Sequence record: PV660463
Reading direction: 5' to 3' (one strand)
Origin: Escherichia phage LF82-41
Length of the DNA: 64,000 bases
Shown in pieces: positions 47,559-58,262 of the stretch. Under the pieces are notes generated by a model that was not told where the DNA came from, searched no databases, and saw only the letters and a program-made list of their open reading frames with translations. Within the stretch, counting starts at the first letter, position 1, and each line of letters opens with the position of its first letter. A program made the position numbers and the translations under genes.

Positions 47559-48061
47559 CATTTATTTTTAATTTTGCAAATTTTTCCAGCTTCGATACAT
47601 GCAGCATAGATGATGCTCTGGGCAATTTTATTGCTAGTAGACCTTGCAATCACACTAAGAACAATTTCTTTTTCTTCACCACCACAACCCCAGGACCTTT
47701 GCCCATGAGTACCTTTAACTACGGCTGAAACTTCAACAGAACGTCCGCCATCAGAAGTTTTAACATCTACAACCCAATCACCATCTTTCTCTTCAATCTG
47801 TGGTTTATCCCAATAGATATTAATAAACGATGTCTCACCAATAGAAGTCGGCGGTTTTTTCTCTACAGTAAGACCTTCGCTTTCTAACCACTCAATGACT
47901 TTTGTAGATAAAGCTAAAGAAACATGTAATGGACAACGACAGTATTTTTCACCTTTAGCTGAAGACTCGTACATCTTTTCTAAAATACGCTTTTGCACGT
48001 TTTTAAAAATAGTTTCAGCAGATTCTTCAGATTTTTTATTCAGTTCAGTATAAAGACTCAT
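47558..48061 (-). CDS. hypothetical protein (167 aa)
   Basis: ORF. Confidence 0.6.
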   Translation of the reverse strand: MSLYTELNKKSEESAETIFKNVQKRILEKMYESSAKGEKYCRCPLHVSLALSTKVIEWLESEGLTVEKKPPTSIGETSFINIYWDKPQIEEKDGDWVVDVKTSDGGRSVEVSAVVKGTHGQRSWGCGGEEKEIVLSVIARSTSNKIAQSIIYAACIEAGKICKIKNK

Positions 48062-48074
48062 AGCATTTTCCTCT

Positions 48075-48120
48075 GTAGTTGATAGGTCTATACTAACACA
48101 TCTAGGGAAGAAGTAAACAA
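48075..48120 (-). promoter_or_regulatory. early-promoter/stem-loop cassette (PeSL-like)
   Basis: gtagttgataggtctatactaacac...gaagtaaacaac. Confidence 0.5.
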
Positions 48121-48149
48121 CTTTTTCAGTAAGTTATAGACCCCCTAAA

Positions 48150-48165
48150 GGGGACCGAAGTCCCC
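48150..48165 (-). terminator. stable UUCG-tetraloop hairpin at 3' end of gene 48171..48797
   Basis: ggggacCGAAgtcccc. Confidence 0.45.
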
Positions 48166-48170
48166 ATTCT

Positions 48171-48797
48171 TTACTTACGAGTTTTTGCATACTGAGCAGC
48201 GTCAGCAGCCAAACGACCTGCCTGACGAAGTTTTTCTTTAATCGCATCGTGAAGTGGTTGAGTATACTTCAAACCTTCGATAGTCAAATAAAGACGATAA
48301 AGGTCTGGGGTATCAAGGTTGTTGATATGTTGGCCATTACGAAGACTGTTGAATTCACGAACGAGTGAAGATGTATCAGATTCAATATCACGAACAAGCG
48401 AAGATAGTTGTTTATATTTTTTTTCCAGGCTAGAAGTATCAAACTTAAGAGCAGGAGCTTTAGGAGTTGCTTTTACTTCCGGCTTAGGCTCAGGTTTTGC
48501 TATTGCTTTAGGGGTCGCAGGTTTAGGAACGGTAGGAGCAGGTTTTACTTTAGGCGAGCCCGATTTAGCAGAAACACCACCACTAACAATATCTTTGAAT
48601 GCTTTAGAAGCTCTGTAATATTCTTTTTGGCTGGAAGTGTCGATACCGTACATGGCTTGAACGTTTTTGAAAAACTCTGTACTAGTTTTTGTACCAGAAA
48701 TAGCATCGTAAGCAGCTTGCCATTTCTCTTTTGTCATACGTACACCGGCTTCGGTGATTACTTCCGTTTCGGCTAAAAATTCATTAAAAGTATACAT
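48171..48797 (-). CDS. internal-protein-like with leader MYTFNEFLAETE and Lys/Pro/Ala-rich low-complexity linker
   Basis: 208 aa; N-terminal leader resembles capsid-targeting sequence; PKVKPAPTVPKPATPKAIAKPEPKPEVKATPKAP repeat region. Confidence 0.6.
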   Translation of the reverse strand: MYTFNEFLAETEVITEAGVRMTKEKWQAAYDAISGTKTSTEFFKNVQAMYGIDTSSQKEYYRASKAFKDIVSGGVSAKSGSPKVKPAPTVPKPATPKAIAKPEPKPEVKATPKAPALKFDTSSLEKKYKQLSSLVRDIESDTSSLVREFNSLRNGQHINNLDTPDLYRLYLTIEGLKYTQPLHDAIKEKLRQAGRLAADAAQYAKTRK

Positions 48798-48841
48798 TGA
48801 TGGTCCTTAGAAAGTAGGTTTATTGTTTACTATATTTATAC

Positions 48842-48871
48842 AAAAAAAGCCCCAACCTTTCGGAAGGGGCT
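48842..48871 (-). terminator. intrinsic terminator (hairpin + U-run on minus strand), repeat of 33493..33520
   Basis: A7 run then agccccaacctttcggaaggggct on plus strand. Confidence 0.55.
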
Positions 48872-48904
48872 ATATACCTTGTCGGGGTTTCCACCTACTA
48901 GGTA

Positions 48905-49000
48905 AGTGTTTGTACGAAACGCCGGGATTCGAACCCGGTTATTAAGCAGTTGACGCTACTCAATATTTTTAAAAGGCCGTATCTCTACCATATCCGAACG
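48905..49000 (-). other. tRNA-like remnant / possible small stable RNA (canonical T-arm, no clean cloverleaf)
   Basis: minus strand ccgggTTCGAATcccgg T-arm at 48921..48939 with 3' acceptor-like strand; anticodon/D arms could not be folded by eye. Confidence 0.3.
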
Positions 49001-49173
49001 TCCCGTCAAAAACGCTACTCGGCTTACGGCAAAGATATTTCCTCGAATCGATAATTCTGTGCGCCGTTTCTGCTGTGATGTAAGGGGATATTAACAAATC
49101 ATAAAGATTTATTAAGACCAATCCTTACTCAGGGAACATCAGTCCGACGTCTTGCCGGTAGCGACCCGGCTTC

Positions 49174-49518
49174 TTATTTTGGCATATCATCAATTTGCTC
49201 TCGACGCCGACGCCATAGATTAATCGCTTCATAGGCACATTCTGCGTTTGGTATATGACGGCAATAATATAATGATTCGCGTTTCTGGAACCGATGTTGT
49301 AATGGAATTTCGTTTAAAAGGTCTTTACGGTCAAAGTATTCAAAACTAGTTAACCCAGAACGGTTTTTAATGAACTTCCAATGATCAAATTCATTTTGAG
49401 CATAGATGTAATCGGCATGCTGATACAGCGAATTAATCAATCGATGAGAAATAACTGTATCATATTCGTTAAAATAAAACGTTAAATCATGAACTACCAG
49501 ATAAATATTGCCTTTCAT
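49174..49518 (-). CDS. hypothetical protein (114 aa from internal Met)
   Basis: ORF 49174..49566 overlaps tRNA-Arg; start moved to MKGNIYLVV at 49518. Confidence 0.5.
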   Translation of the reverse strand: MKGNIYLVVHDLTFYFNEYDTVISHRLINSLYQHADYIYAQNEFDHWKFIKNRSGLTSFEYFDRKDLLNEIPLQHRFQKRESLYYCRHIPNAECAYEAINLWRRRREQIDDMPK

Positions 49519-49536
49519 ATTTTCCTCACTTGAAGT

Positions 49537-49613
<77 letters not shown>

Positions 49614-49616
49614 AAT

Positions 49617-49691
49617 TGGTGACCCTGGCTGGTTTCGATCCAGCTACCTATCAGTTATGAGCTGACAGCTCTCCCATTGAGCTACAGGGCC
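49617..49691 (-). tRNA. tRNA-Met or tRNA-Ile2 (anticodon CAT), CCA encoded
   Basis: Manual cloverleaf: acceptor ggccctg/cagggtc, D-stem gctc/gagc, anticodon loop ctCATaa, T-arm gctgg-atcgaaa-ccagc. Confidence 0.8.
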
Positions 49692-49770
49692 TTAATAACT
49701 TTCTATTATGAAAGGCACTTTAGAGCACCTTTGGTAATAGAGGGTATGAATTAATAATAACACATAATTC

Positions 49771-50286
49771 TTAAAGCAAATCAATCATTTTAACAGTTGG
49801 CAAAACAATTTCTTCTTCAATATAAGCAAATTCGACACGTTCAACTACACGCAAGAAATCGTAATCATAGTATTCAGAAGCATAGCCAAGAATATCAATA
49901 AGTCCTTGAGATATCTCATCGCCTTTCACAAAGAACAGGTCGAATACGCGGGCTTCGTCTTCTTCAGATTTATCACCAAGGTCTACTTCGATGCCAAAGA
50001 CCTTTTTAATAAATTCTGGTCGGAGTTGGTCTGAGAACAGCCCTTCAACCAGATATTCGTAGATAATAAGCGAGCAGTCACTGAATGGTGTATTACCACA
50101 GTAACGTTCAGCTTTAGTGCTGGAATGACGACTCTTAAATTTCTTCAAGAGATATTTAAACTGTTGGAGCTCATGCTCTTCCACTTCAAACAATGTTTTG
50201 GTTTTATAGTTGTCCCCGTCATTTTCATAGGTAGTGACATCAATTACATAACCCTTAGGAATTGTACTGCCTAAACAAATATTCAT
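49771..50286 (-). CDS. hypothetical acidic protein (171 aa)
   Basis: ORF. Confidence 0.6.
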   Translation of the reverse strand: MNICLGSTIPKGYVIDVTTYENDGDNYKTKTLFEVEEHELQQFKYLLKKFKSRHSSTKAERYCGNTPFSDCSLIIYEYLVEGLFSDQLRPEFIKKVFGIEVDLGDKSEEDEARVFDLFFVKGDEISQGLIDILGYASEYYDYDFLRVVERVEFAYIEEEIVLPTVKMIDLL

Positions 50287-50290
50287 TTAC

Positions 50291-50581
50291 TCACCGTACC
50301 ATATTAATGTAATTATACTCAATACATTCAAGATTTAAAGGATTCTTGAAAATATCATATTCAAGAGGACCTTTTTCTGTTTCAATAAAGAAATCAAAGT
50401 TCACACTACTAAATTTGCGGTCTTCCCAAAGTAATTTAACCTGTGAAGATGAACGGTCGACGTAAACCTTTTCAACTTCAAAGTGGGTCAAAATACCATA
50501 GTAATCGACTAGTGCTTTAGCTGCACGTTGATCGCTTTCATATCCATTCTCAACGGATTTTACCTTAGCATAAAGAATCAT
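50291..50581 (-). CDS. hypothetical protein (96 aa)
   Basis: ORF. Confidence 0.55.
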   Translation of the reverse strand: MILYAKVKSVENGYESDQRAAKALVDYYGILTHFEVEKVYVDRSSSQVKLLWEDRKFSSVNFDFFIETEKGPLEYDIFKNPLNLECIEYNYINMVR

Positions 50582-50940
50582 GAATGTTCCACCACTTCAA
50601 AGGTATGAGCATCAACAATATGATACCAGTCAAAATTTTCTTCTGCGTTTTTATAAATTTCGCGAAGAGCTTCAACAGTTTTTCCTGTAGCAACAAGGTC
50701 GTCAATACCACCAAGAGGATAACAGTCATAACCAGCAAACAGAAGGAAATTAATAGTTTCTGTAGGTTCTGGATGCAAAACACCATTATCATCTACCACT
50801 TCAAAGAAAGTGTAAGAAGGAGTACAAGTTTTAATCCAGGCCCATGCTTGAGCTGCTGAATCAAACGGATTACGGAATAAACGACAATCCGGGTCTTTAG
50901 AAGGATTTGCTTCAAAATCCGCATATACGTGATATTTCAT
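50578..50940 (-). CDS. hypothetical protein (about 120 aa)
   Basis: ORF 50578..50973; start probably MKYHVYADF. Confidence 0.55.
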   Translation of the reverse strand: MKYHVYADFEANPSKDPDCRLFRNPFDSAAQAWAWIKTCTPSYTFFEVVDDNGVLHPEPTETINFLLFAGYDCYPLGGIDDLVATGKTVEALREIYKNAEENFDWYHIVDAHTFEVVEHS

Positions 50941-50941
50941 T

Positions 50942-51127
50942 TTACTCACCTTTTGCAATTTTATCCATAACAATAGCGATTAAACCGATTAGAAATGCTA
51001 CTACCAATGAGATAGAATTTTCAGTTGTTGTCAGTAGTCCACAAATGAATCCTACAAACATCGAAAAACTAAAAGCCATTGAAGCAATTACTACAGCAAC
51101 ATTACGAATCAGTTCAGCGCGTTTCAT
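50942..51127 (-). CDS. small membrane protein (61 aa)
   Basis: ORF with two hydrophobic helices. Confidence 0.5.
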   Translation of the reverse strand: MKRAELIRNVAVVIASMAFSFSMFVGFICGLLTTTENSISLVVAFLIGLIAIVMDKIAKGE

Positions 51128-51140
51128 TTTATTCTCCTCA

Positions 51141-51187
51141 GTAGTTGATAGGGTAATAGTATCACTACCCTATCTAAAAGTAAACGG
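51141..51187 (-). promoter_or_regulatory. early-promoter/stem-loop cassette (PeSL-like)
   Basis: gatagggtaatagtatcactaccctatc palindrome; minus-strand GTTTAC -35. Confidence 0.5.
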
Positions 51188-51196
51188 TTTTATAAA

Positions 51197-51505
51197 CTAT
51201 TTTATTCCGCGTGATGCAATCGTATTCTGCCGTTTAACGCCGGTTTGTTTAAAGTCATGACTGTCGATTTGATCGGTACGAGCAACTCCGAATGATGATT
51301 TAATCTTAGCTTTAGATCCTTTAACTATAGAAATAAACATCTCGGAAGACCCTTTCTTAAAGTCTGATGCAGATACTTCAACGCCGTTCTTAGCAAGTGA
51401 CCTCAGAATTGCATCCGCGTACTCATCATCAAGACTCGCTTGAGTATTAATAACGAATGTCTTTGGTGCAGCCGCTTCATTGATAAATTCTTTGAAAGTT
51501 TTCAT
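51197..51505 (-). CDS. internal-protein-like (leader MKTFKEFINEA)
   Basis: 102 aa basic protein with capsid-targeting-type N-terminus. Confidence 0.7.
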   Translation of the reverse strand: MKTFKEFINEAAAPKTFVINTQASLDDEYADAILRSLAKNGVEVSASDFKKGSSEMFISIVKGSKAKIKSSFGVARTDQIDSHDFKQTGVKRQNTIASRGIK

Positions 51506-51521
51506 TTTATTTTCCTAATTA

Positions 51522-51567
51522 ATTTTGATAGGACTACTATACCATAATCCTATCAGCATGTAAACTA
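51522..51567 (-). promoter_or_regulatory. early-promoter/stem-loop cassette (PeSL-like)
   Basis: minus strand GTTTAC-18-TATAGT; palindrome gataggact..agtcctatc. Confidence 0.5.
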
Positions 51568-51568
51568 C

Positions 51569-51856
51569 TTACAGAAGGGTTTTTGCAATAATTTTAAGCT
51601 GAGCTACAGAAATATGCTTAGCTTTAAACAGTGCAGTCTCTTCAGCCGGAGAGATAACAATAGTAGCGCCATCTTTCTTAGCAGACCATCCATCCCCTAA
51701 GTAAACAGTACCTTTTACTTCTTCGCCGTCAACCAGACTAATCATTGGTTTACCCTCACGTCCTTTATTTGCTTTAATAACTTCGGAAGTAAGGGTCGCT
51801 TCGGTCAGAGTAGAAACGTTAGCATCAGGTGATATAAATTCTTTATAGGTTTTCAT
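51569..51856 (-). CDS. ipI: internal protein I-like (leader MKTYKEFIS)
   Basis: 95 aa, same length and position (upstream of 57B) as T4 ipI. Confidence 0.7.
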   Translation of the reverse strand: MKTYKEFISPDANVSTLTEATLTSEVIKANKGREGKPMISLVDGEEVKGTVYLGDGWSAKKDGATIVISPAEETALFKAKHISVAQLKIIAKTLL

Positions 51857-51878
51857 TTTATTTCCTTGAGGTCGTTTA

Positions 51879-51922
51879 TTTGATAGGATGATAGTAACAC
51901 GCCATCATCCTTATGTAAACTG
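51879..51922 (-). promoter_or_regulatory. early-promoter/stem-loop cassette (PeSL-like)
   Basis: aggatgatag...catcatcct palindrome; minus-strand GTTTAC -35. Confidence 0.5.
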
Positions 51923-51932
51923 TTTTGTAAAA

Positions 51933-52618
<686 letters not shown>

Positions 52619-52622
52619 TTTA

Positions 52623-53357
52623 TTACCTTAAGATTGTTTCAATTTTAGAATAAAGCTCTTCTAAAGAGCCGTCGTTTGTAATAACTAAATCACCTTCTTC
52701 AATAGGCAACCCAGCTTCTGTAATATGTTTATCGGTGGATTCCGTACCAGAGCGAACCACATGAATAACTGTGGCACCCATCGCTCTAGCGGTTTCCATT
52801 TCATGGACTTGGCGTGTATCGGTTACGACATAGTAATCGAAATCACTTCCAATATAATCCATATAGTTTAATGCAAAAAGCTTAACCCAATACATACGGT
52901 CAAATAAATTAACGACAACATCCGTACCGAGGGCTTGCATAAGACGGCGGATTGACCATGTGTCGTTGATATTATTTATAGCTTCACGCAGGGCTTCATA
53001 TGGTTTAATATCTAGATATGAATATCCACCTTCTAATGATGATAATACTTTAACATTATTAATTGGTAAATATTGACTTTGTAAATAAATTATCGCTTCT
53101 TCCAATAATTCAATAACATCCAACTTATTGAGATTTAATGGTGTTTCACGGTCGTATCCAATGCCTTCAAAGTATTCGTATTTCAACTCGGTGAATACGT
53201 CGGGGTTTTCAGCATGTTTACGCTCCCAGGCTATTGCTAGAGCGTCTTTAATTGGATATGCTAATTGGTATTTTACGGATTTAAAGTTTGAATTGATGTA
53301 ATCAGCAGTAGTGTCTTTACCACTACGTTTGATGCCACTTAAAAAGATTAGCTCCAT
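52623..53357 (-). CDS. 1: deoxynucleoside monophosphate kinase
   Basis: 244 aa; P-loop GIKRSGKDT; synteny. Confidence 0.88.
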   Translation of the reverse strand: MELIFLSGIKRSGKDTTADYINSNFKSVKYQLAYPIKDALAIAWERKHAENPDVFTELKYEYFEGIGYDRETPLNLNKLDVIELLEEAIIYLQSQYLPINNVKVLSSLEGGYSYLDIKPYEALREAINNINDTWSIRRLMQALGTDVVVNLFDRMYWVKLFALNYMDYIGSDFDYYVVTDTRQVHEMETARAMGATVIHVVRSGTESTDKHITEAGLPIEEGDLVITNDGSLEELYSKIETILR

Positions 53358-53410
53358 AGGTTTTCCTCATATAATTTATAAGTGATTATAACATACGGAG
53401 CTAGAAGCGA

Positions 53411-54001
53411 TTAACGCAAGGAAGGGTGTCTAGAAATGGATTTAGATTCGGCTGCTTGACGAGGCTGTTGAGATACAATGACTTCACCGTCTTTTTCTAT
53501 CGTCATATACGCGTAGTGAATAGTTGCTACGCACGTAACGGCAGGATCAGAATCTTCAGTGTAACTAAATTCAATTTCGCTCAAATCAGAAATCCATGGT
53601 TTATAGAAATTCGCAGTCAAAACTACTTCGGTCTTATTGTTGTTTAAAATGTGCAAAGTAACAAACTCAGGACCATCGGCATGTGCCGTATTATGTCCGG
53701 TTATATAGTTATTAGTGCTGAGCATCCATTTATACATGTTCATCCAGGACGTCATGTCTTCATCAACTATAAATCGTACAATAAAAGGGTCATATTCAAA
53801 TGTGGTGCCTGCACGCATTGCACGACCTAGCCCCATTGTGCCTGTCACAGTTTCAACAACAGGAATTCTCACACCTGGCAGTGGAGCCGTTTGGGCATTG
53901 AGCACAAAACCTGAAGTTCGTGTACTATCCGGGATATCCACAACAAAGTTTGTTATATTTGTTTGGTTAAAAATCTGTCTCGTTGGACGAGTCATAAGCA
54001 C
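53411..54001 (-). CDS. 3: tail completion / sheath stabiliser protein (by synteny)
   Basis: 196 aa ORF between genes 1 and 2. Confidence 0.65.
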   Translation of the reverse strand: MLMTRPTRQIFNQTNITNFVVDIPDSTRTSGFVLNAQTAPLPGVRIPVVETVTGTMGLGRAMRAGTTFEYDPFIVRFIVDEDMTSWMNMYKWMLSTNNYITGHNTAHADGPEFVTLHILNNNKTEVVLTANFYKPWISDLSEIEFSYTEDSDPAVTCVATIHYAYMTIEKDGEVIVSQQPRQAAESKSISRHPSLR

Positions 54002-54097
54002 CTCAAAAACGCTTTAATAAAAATGCAGTATAATGGTTTTAGGTCTCTTCCATTAATCTGGTTCAACAGAATATCAGAAGAACGGAAGAGAATAGAA

Positions 54098-54919
54098 TTA
54101 AGATTTCCAAACAGTATTCGCAGAGAAACGTTTTCCTTTTGACATAAACTGCTGAGTAGGTAACATGATTATGTTAGCCCAGTCTTTAGGAGCGATTTCT
54201 GTTATTGTTCCTCTAATGTGGCCTGGCAGGTATGCTTTAATCATTTTGTCAGCACCTTGAAATCCTTTCACCTTGCTCCAGTCTATCTTCAACTTTGTGT
54301 TATTAGTAATAGTAGTTGTGCTAGCATATTGCTTCAGCAATTCTTCAAGAAACTGTTGTCGTGCTTTAGGTGGGATATAGTGCAAGTTTAACCCGTACAT
54401 CAAATTATGTTTACCTAATCCTAAATAAATAATCAAAGGATATCGGTCCCAGTATGGCAGAGTATCTTTATGTTTAGCATCATACACGTAAGTATAAATT
54501 TTGCCTGGCGTAGGCTTGACTACTTTATGACCTTTTACACTTTTCTTAATTGTTTCAACAAACCACTTAGATGATTTGTTGTTTACTGCTGCACCTTCAT
54601 TTCTAATCTTTTCTCGTATTGAACTGCGAAACGAGTTTATCATCAGAAGTTGACGTTCTTGCTTATTGAGTTTATTTTTAGGTTTAGATTCAAGCGTTTC
54701 AATTTTCTGTGCAGTCTTAATAGATGATGCATATCTAGACATTGCAGATGTAAACGACGAGTATTTTATTCCTTTTGATTCTGCAAATGCTTTTGCAGTG
54801 ATTCCTTTCTCTTTAGCTTTCTTGTATTCTAATCCTATCTCAATCCATTTTCTTTCATTCATAGACTGGGCAATCTTAGGGGCTTGTACGCCTTCAGATA
54901 TAATTTGGAATATGCTCAT
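54098..54919 (-). CDS. 2: DNA end-protector protein
   Basis: 273 aa basic protein; synteny with genes 3 and 4. Confidence 0.8.
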   Translation of the reverse strand: MSIFQIISEGVQAPKIAQSMNERKWIEIGLEYKKAKEKGITAKAFAESKGIKYSSFTSAMSRYASSIKTAQKIETLESKPKNKLNKQERQLLMINSFRSSIREKIRNEGAAVNNKSSKWFVETIKKSVKGHKVVKPTPGKIYTYVYDAKHKDTLPYWDRYPLIIYLGLGKHNLMYGLNLHYIPPKARQQFLEELLKQYASTTTITNNTKLKIDWSKVKGFQGADKMIKAYLPGHIRGTITEIAPKDWANIIMLPTQQFMSKGKRFSANTVWKS

Positions 54920-54921
54920 AA

Positions 54922-55371
54922 TTACCCCTTGTATCCGAGTTTTCTAAGACCATCTTCGGTTAGAACTCGAAATTTTATATTTCTCTTTTCAGCAACAGCT
55001 GAGGCAGCTTTCCATTTGTCACAGTTCACAGACCATGTGTAGATTTCATTCATATAACGTTTCTTAGCCGCAGTTGTAAGATTCACCGGTTTAATAGGTG
55101 GCTGAGTTTCTTTCTTTGGTTTTATTTCTACAAAGAACTCTTGACCTGATGCATCTTTCATCCATATGTCCATATAGTATCGACGTTTCTTACCTTCAGC
55201 ATTACAAAAATATGGAATTACTGCTGTTTCACTACCCCATGCAATAATTTCTGGATTTTTATCCAACCATTCGAAAAAGAATTTTTCCCAGTTTGAACGA
55301 TACGTTATTTTGGTATGGTCTCCACGGTATTTTTTTAAATTTTTTGGGACCCATTTACCAGAGTAGGCCAT
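54922..55371 (-). CDS. 4: head completion protein
   Basis: [70 protein letters not shown] matches T4 gp4; AGGAGG RBS before ATG 55371. Confidence 0.9.
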   Translation of the reverse strand: MAYSGKWVPKNLKKYRGDHTKITYRSNWEKFFFEWLDKNPEIIAWGSETAVIPYFCNAEGKKRRYYMDIWMKDASGQEFFVEIKPKKETQPPIKPVNLTTAAKKRYMNEIYTWSVNCDKWKAASAVAEKRNIKFRVLTEDGLRKLGYKG

Positions 55372-55382
55372 GTTGTCCTCCT

Positions 55383-55390
55383 TATAAATA
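55383..55390 (+). promoter_or_regulatory. late promoter (TATAAATA) for gene 53
   Basis: exact octamer 43 nt upstream of gene 53 ATG. Confidence 0.55.
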
Positions 55391-55397
55391 GTATTAT

Positions 55398-55405
55398 TAT
55401 TTATA
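55398..55405 (-). promoter_or_regulatory. late promoter (TATAAATA on minus strand) for gene 4
   Basis: exact octamer on minus strand; divergent partner of 55383..55390. Confidence 0.5.
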
Positions 55406-55432
55406 CCAATTTCATATTGGAAGGAGACTATT

Positions 55433-56008
55433 TTGTTATTTACATTCTTCGACCCAATAGGATATAGTGCTAAAACAGTTGATAAGAATGCACCTACTAT
55501 TCCTATGACAGACATATTTCGTAACTATAAAGAGTACTTTAAGCGTGTGGCTGCCAATTATAGATTACGTTCTTATTACATTAAAGGCTCTCCACGTCCT
55601 GAAGAACTAGCAAACATAATTTATGGCAACCCTCAATTATACTGGGTCCTTTTGATGTGTAATGATAACTATGACCCATATTATGGTTGGATTACATCTC
55701 AGGAAGCAGCGTATCAAGCGTCTATTCAGAAATATGCAAATGCTGGTGGAGACCAAATTCTTTACCATATTAACGAGAACCGTGAGAAATTTTACAATTT
55801 AGTTTCATATCCAGACGAGCCTTTAGTGTGGTACGACAAAGGTGACGAAGCTCGTAAGTATCCGCAATATAAAGGGCCTTTAGCTGCAGTAGATACTTAT
55901 GAAGCGGCAGTATTAGATAATGAAAAACTTCGTAAAATAAAAATTGTTGCAAAAGAAGATATAAACTCGTTTATTACTGATTTGATTCGTGAGATGGAGA
56001 TTGCATAA
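55433..56008 (+). CDS. 53: baseplate wedge protein
   Basis: 191 aa; immediately precedes gene 5. Confidence 0.85.
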   Translation: MLFTFFDPIGYSAKTVDKNAPTIPMTDIFRNYKEYFKRVAANYRLRSYYIKGSPRPEELANIIYGNPQLYWVLLMCNDNYDPYYGWITSQEAAYQASIQKYANAGGDQILYHINENREKFYNLVSYPDEPLVWYDKGDEARKYPQYKGPLAAVDTYEAAVLDNEKLRKIKIVAKEDINSFITDLIREMEIA

Positions 56009-57741
56009 TGGAAATGATTAGCAGTAGCCTTAATTGGTTCGTGGGTGTTGTCGAGGACAGAATGGACCCATTAAAACAAGGGCGAGTTCGAGTTCGAGTC
56101 GTTGGTCTTCATCCAGCACAGAGAGCACAAGGTGATGTACAAGGTATTCCTACAGAAAAACTTCCATGGATGACTGTTATTCAACCTATTACGTCTGCGT
56201 CAATGTCAGGTATTGGTGGTTCTGTTACAGGTCCTGTTGAAGGAACTCGAGTATATGGTCATTTCTTAGACAAATGGAAAACAAACGGGATTGTACTTGG
56301 TACATACGGTGGAATCGTACGTGAAAAGCCTAATAGACTTGAAGGTTTTTCAGACCCGACAGGCCAGTATCCGCGACGTTTAGGTAATGATACGAACGTA
56401 TTAAACCAAGGTGGTGAAGCTGGTTATTATTCGAACTCTAACGTAATTCAAGATAACAACTTGGATTATGGTATAAACCCAGACGATACAGATTTAGCAA
56501 ATATTCCAGAAGATGATGACCCTAATTTTACAATAACAGAAATGTTGCGACGTGACGAAGGTCTTCGTGATAAAGTGTATTGGGACCATCTCGGGTATCC
56601 TACAGTAGGTATTGGACACCTTATCGTAATGGAAAAGACCCGAGATATGTCTCGAATTAATAAATTGTTATCTGATCAAGTAGGGCGTGAAGTAACAGGA
56701 AATCCGGGAACTATTACATTAGAAGAAGCAACAGCGTTATTTGAGAAGGACCTTGCTAAGATGCAGAAAGATATTCGTTCTAATTCTAAAGTAGGTCCTG
56801 TTTATGCTAAAATGAACAGGTCTCGTCAAATGGCATTAGAAAACATGTGCTTCCAAATGGGCGTTGGTGGTGTAGCAAAATTCAATACTATGCTTAAAGC
56901 AATGGCCGAAGGTGATTGGAAAACTGCATACAAATCTGGGCGCGATTCATTATGGTTCCAACAGACTAAAGGACGTGCTTCACGCGTAACAACAATTATT
57001 TTAACTGGTAACATGGAATCGTATGGTGTTCCTGTTAAAACACCACCTTCACCAGGAGTTGGTGCCGATTTAGTTACTAGAAATACCGATTCAGAAGACC
57101 CGGCTGGTCCTCCTGTTCCATTAGATTCACGCATCCTTTTTAAAGAACCGGAATCAAGTTATCGTGGTGAGTATCCATATGTTCATGCTATGGAAACAGA
57201 AAGTGGTCATATCCAAGAATTTGATGACACTCCAGGTAATGAACGTTATCGCTTAGTTCATCCAACAGGGTCATATGAGGAAGTTTCTCCATCCGGTCGT
57301 CGTACTCGTAAAACTGTAGAAGACCTTTTTGACATCACTAATGGTGATGGGAACTTCTTGATTTCTGGTGATAAACTTGTTAACGTTGGTGCTAATGAAA
57401 TATATTATAACATGGCAGACCGCCTCCATCAAATAGACGGTAATGACACAATCTTTATTCGTGGTAACCAATCTAAAACTGTTGAAGGTGACGGAACTCT
57501 TTACGTTAAGGGCAATATCAAAATAGTTGTTGACGGAAATGCAGATATTCTTGTTAAAGGTGATGCTAAAACTCAGGTTGAAGGGAATCACGATTACACC
57601 GTCAACGGAAACGTTAAATGGACTGTTAATGGTAATGTTGATATGACTGTTGCCGGGGATTGGGCAGAAACAATGTCCACAATGAGCTCAGTAGCTTCAG
57701 GACAATACACTGTTGACGGATCTCGTATTGATATTGGGTAA
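56008..57741 (+). CDS. 5: baseplate hub / cell-puncturing protein with lysozyme domain
   Basis: 577 aa; OB-fold N-terminus, lysozyme block DEGLRDKVYWDHLGYPTVGIGHL, C-terminal beta-helix VxGxxxxx repeats. Confidence 0.95.
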   Translation: MEMISSSLNWFVGVVEDRMDPLKQGRVRVRVVGLHPAQRAQGDVQGIPTEKLPWMTVIQPITSASMSGIGGSVTGPVEGTRVYGHFLDKWKTNGIVLGTYGGIVREKPNRLEGFSDPTGQYPRRLGNDTNVLNQGGEAGYYSNSNVIQDNNLDYGINPDDTDLANIPEDDDPNFTITEMLRRDEGLRDKVYWDHLGYPTVGIGHLIVMEKTRDMSRINKLLSDQVGREVTGNPGTITLEEATALFEKDLAKMQKDIRSNSKVGPVYAKMNRSRQMALENMCFQMGVGGVAKFNTMLKAMAEGDWKTAYKSGRDSLWFQQTKGRASRVTTIILTGNMESYGVPVKTPPSPGVGADLVTRNTDSEDPAGPPVPLDSRILFKEPESSYRGEYPYVHAMETESGHIQEFDDTPGNERYRLVHPTGSYEEVSPSGRRTRKTVEDLFDITNGDGNFLISGDKLVNVGANEIYYNMADRLHQIDGNDTIFIRGNQSKTVEGDGTLYVKGNIKIVVDGNADILVKGDAKTQVEGNHDYTVNGNVKWTVNGNVDMTVAGDWAETMSTMSSVASGQYTVDGSRIDIG

Positions 57742-57744
57742 TAT

Positions 57745-58260
57745 ATGGCACAAATACTTCCTTTAAATACCGACTTAGGAGAAGACATGGAAGGGGCGTC
57801 TATTGACGTCCTTTTTACTCCACAGTTAGAAACGTCCGAAACTTTAGTGTCAATAAATATAATAGATTATGAACCAACACAAGGCATTACGGTAGATGGT
57901 AATCGTTTATATGGGACATATGAAAGTGTGTTTAGCTTTTCTTCAGATGCATTGAAATATCGATTAAATGATGATTTTAAAACTGCATCTTCATGGGATG
58001 ATTTACCAAAAGATGAGTCCACACAGTTATATTTGTGGAGAGCTCCTCAGAATCTTCGTAAAGTGTTTAGTTATACGGTTGAAATGATTTATAACTACCA
58101 AGAAGAAAGTTCATCAGGCGGTTCTAGAAGTGACTCTGGTACAGAACCTCCACCAGCTCCAGTACAAAAAACTCTTACTAAGGTTTATACAAAAACTATA
58201 GTAGGAAATTGGAGCAAATGGGCTCATCAATTACGAAACTATGTTTATGTGAGGCCGTGA
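57745..58260 (+). CDS. 5.1: hypothetical protein 5.1-like
   Basis: 171 aa ORF between genes 5 and 5.4. Confidence 0.7.
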   Translation: MAQILPLNTDLGEDMEGASIDVLFTPQLETSETLVSINIIDYEPTQGITVDGNRLYGTYESVFSFSSDALKYRLNDDFKTASSWDDLPKDESTQLYLWRAPQNLRKVFSYTVEMIYNYQEESSSGGSRSDSGTEPPPAPVQKTLTKVYTKTIVGNWSKWAHQLRNYVYVRP

Positions 58261-58262
58261 AA

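Noticed and set aside
48905-49000. Third canonical tRNA gene
   Set aside because: Only the T-arm and acceptor 3' strand fold convincingly; no canonical anticodon or D arm could be built, so reported only as tRNA-like remnant.
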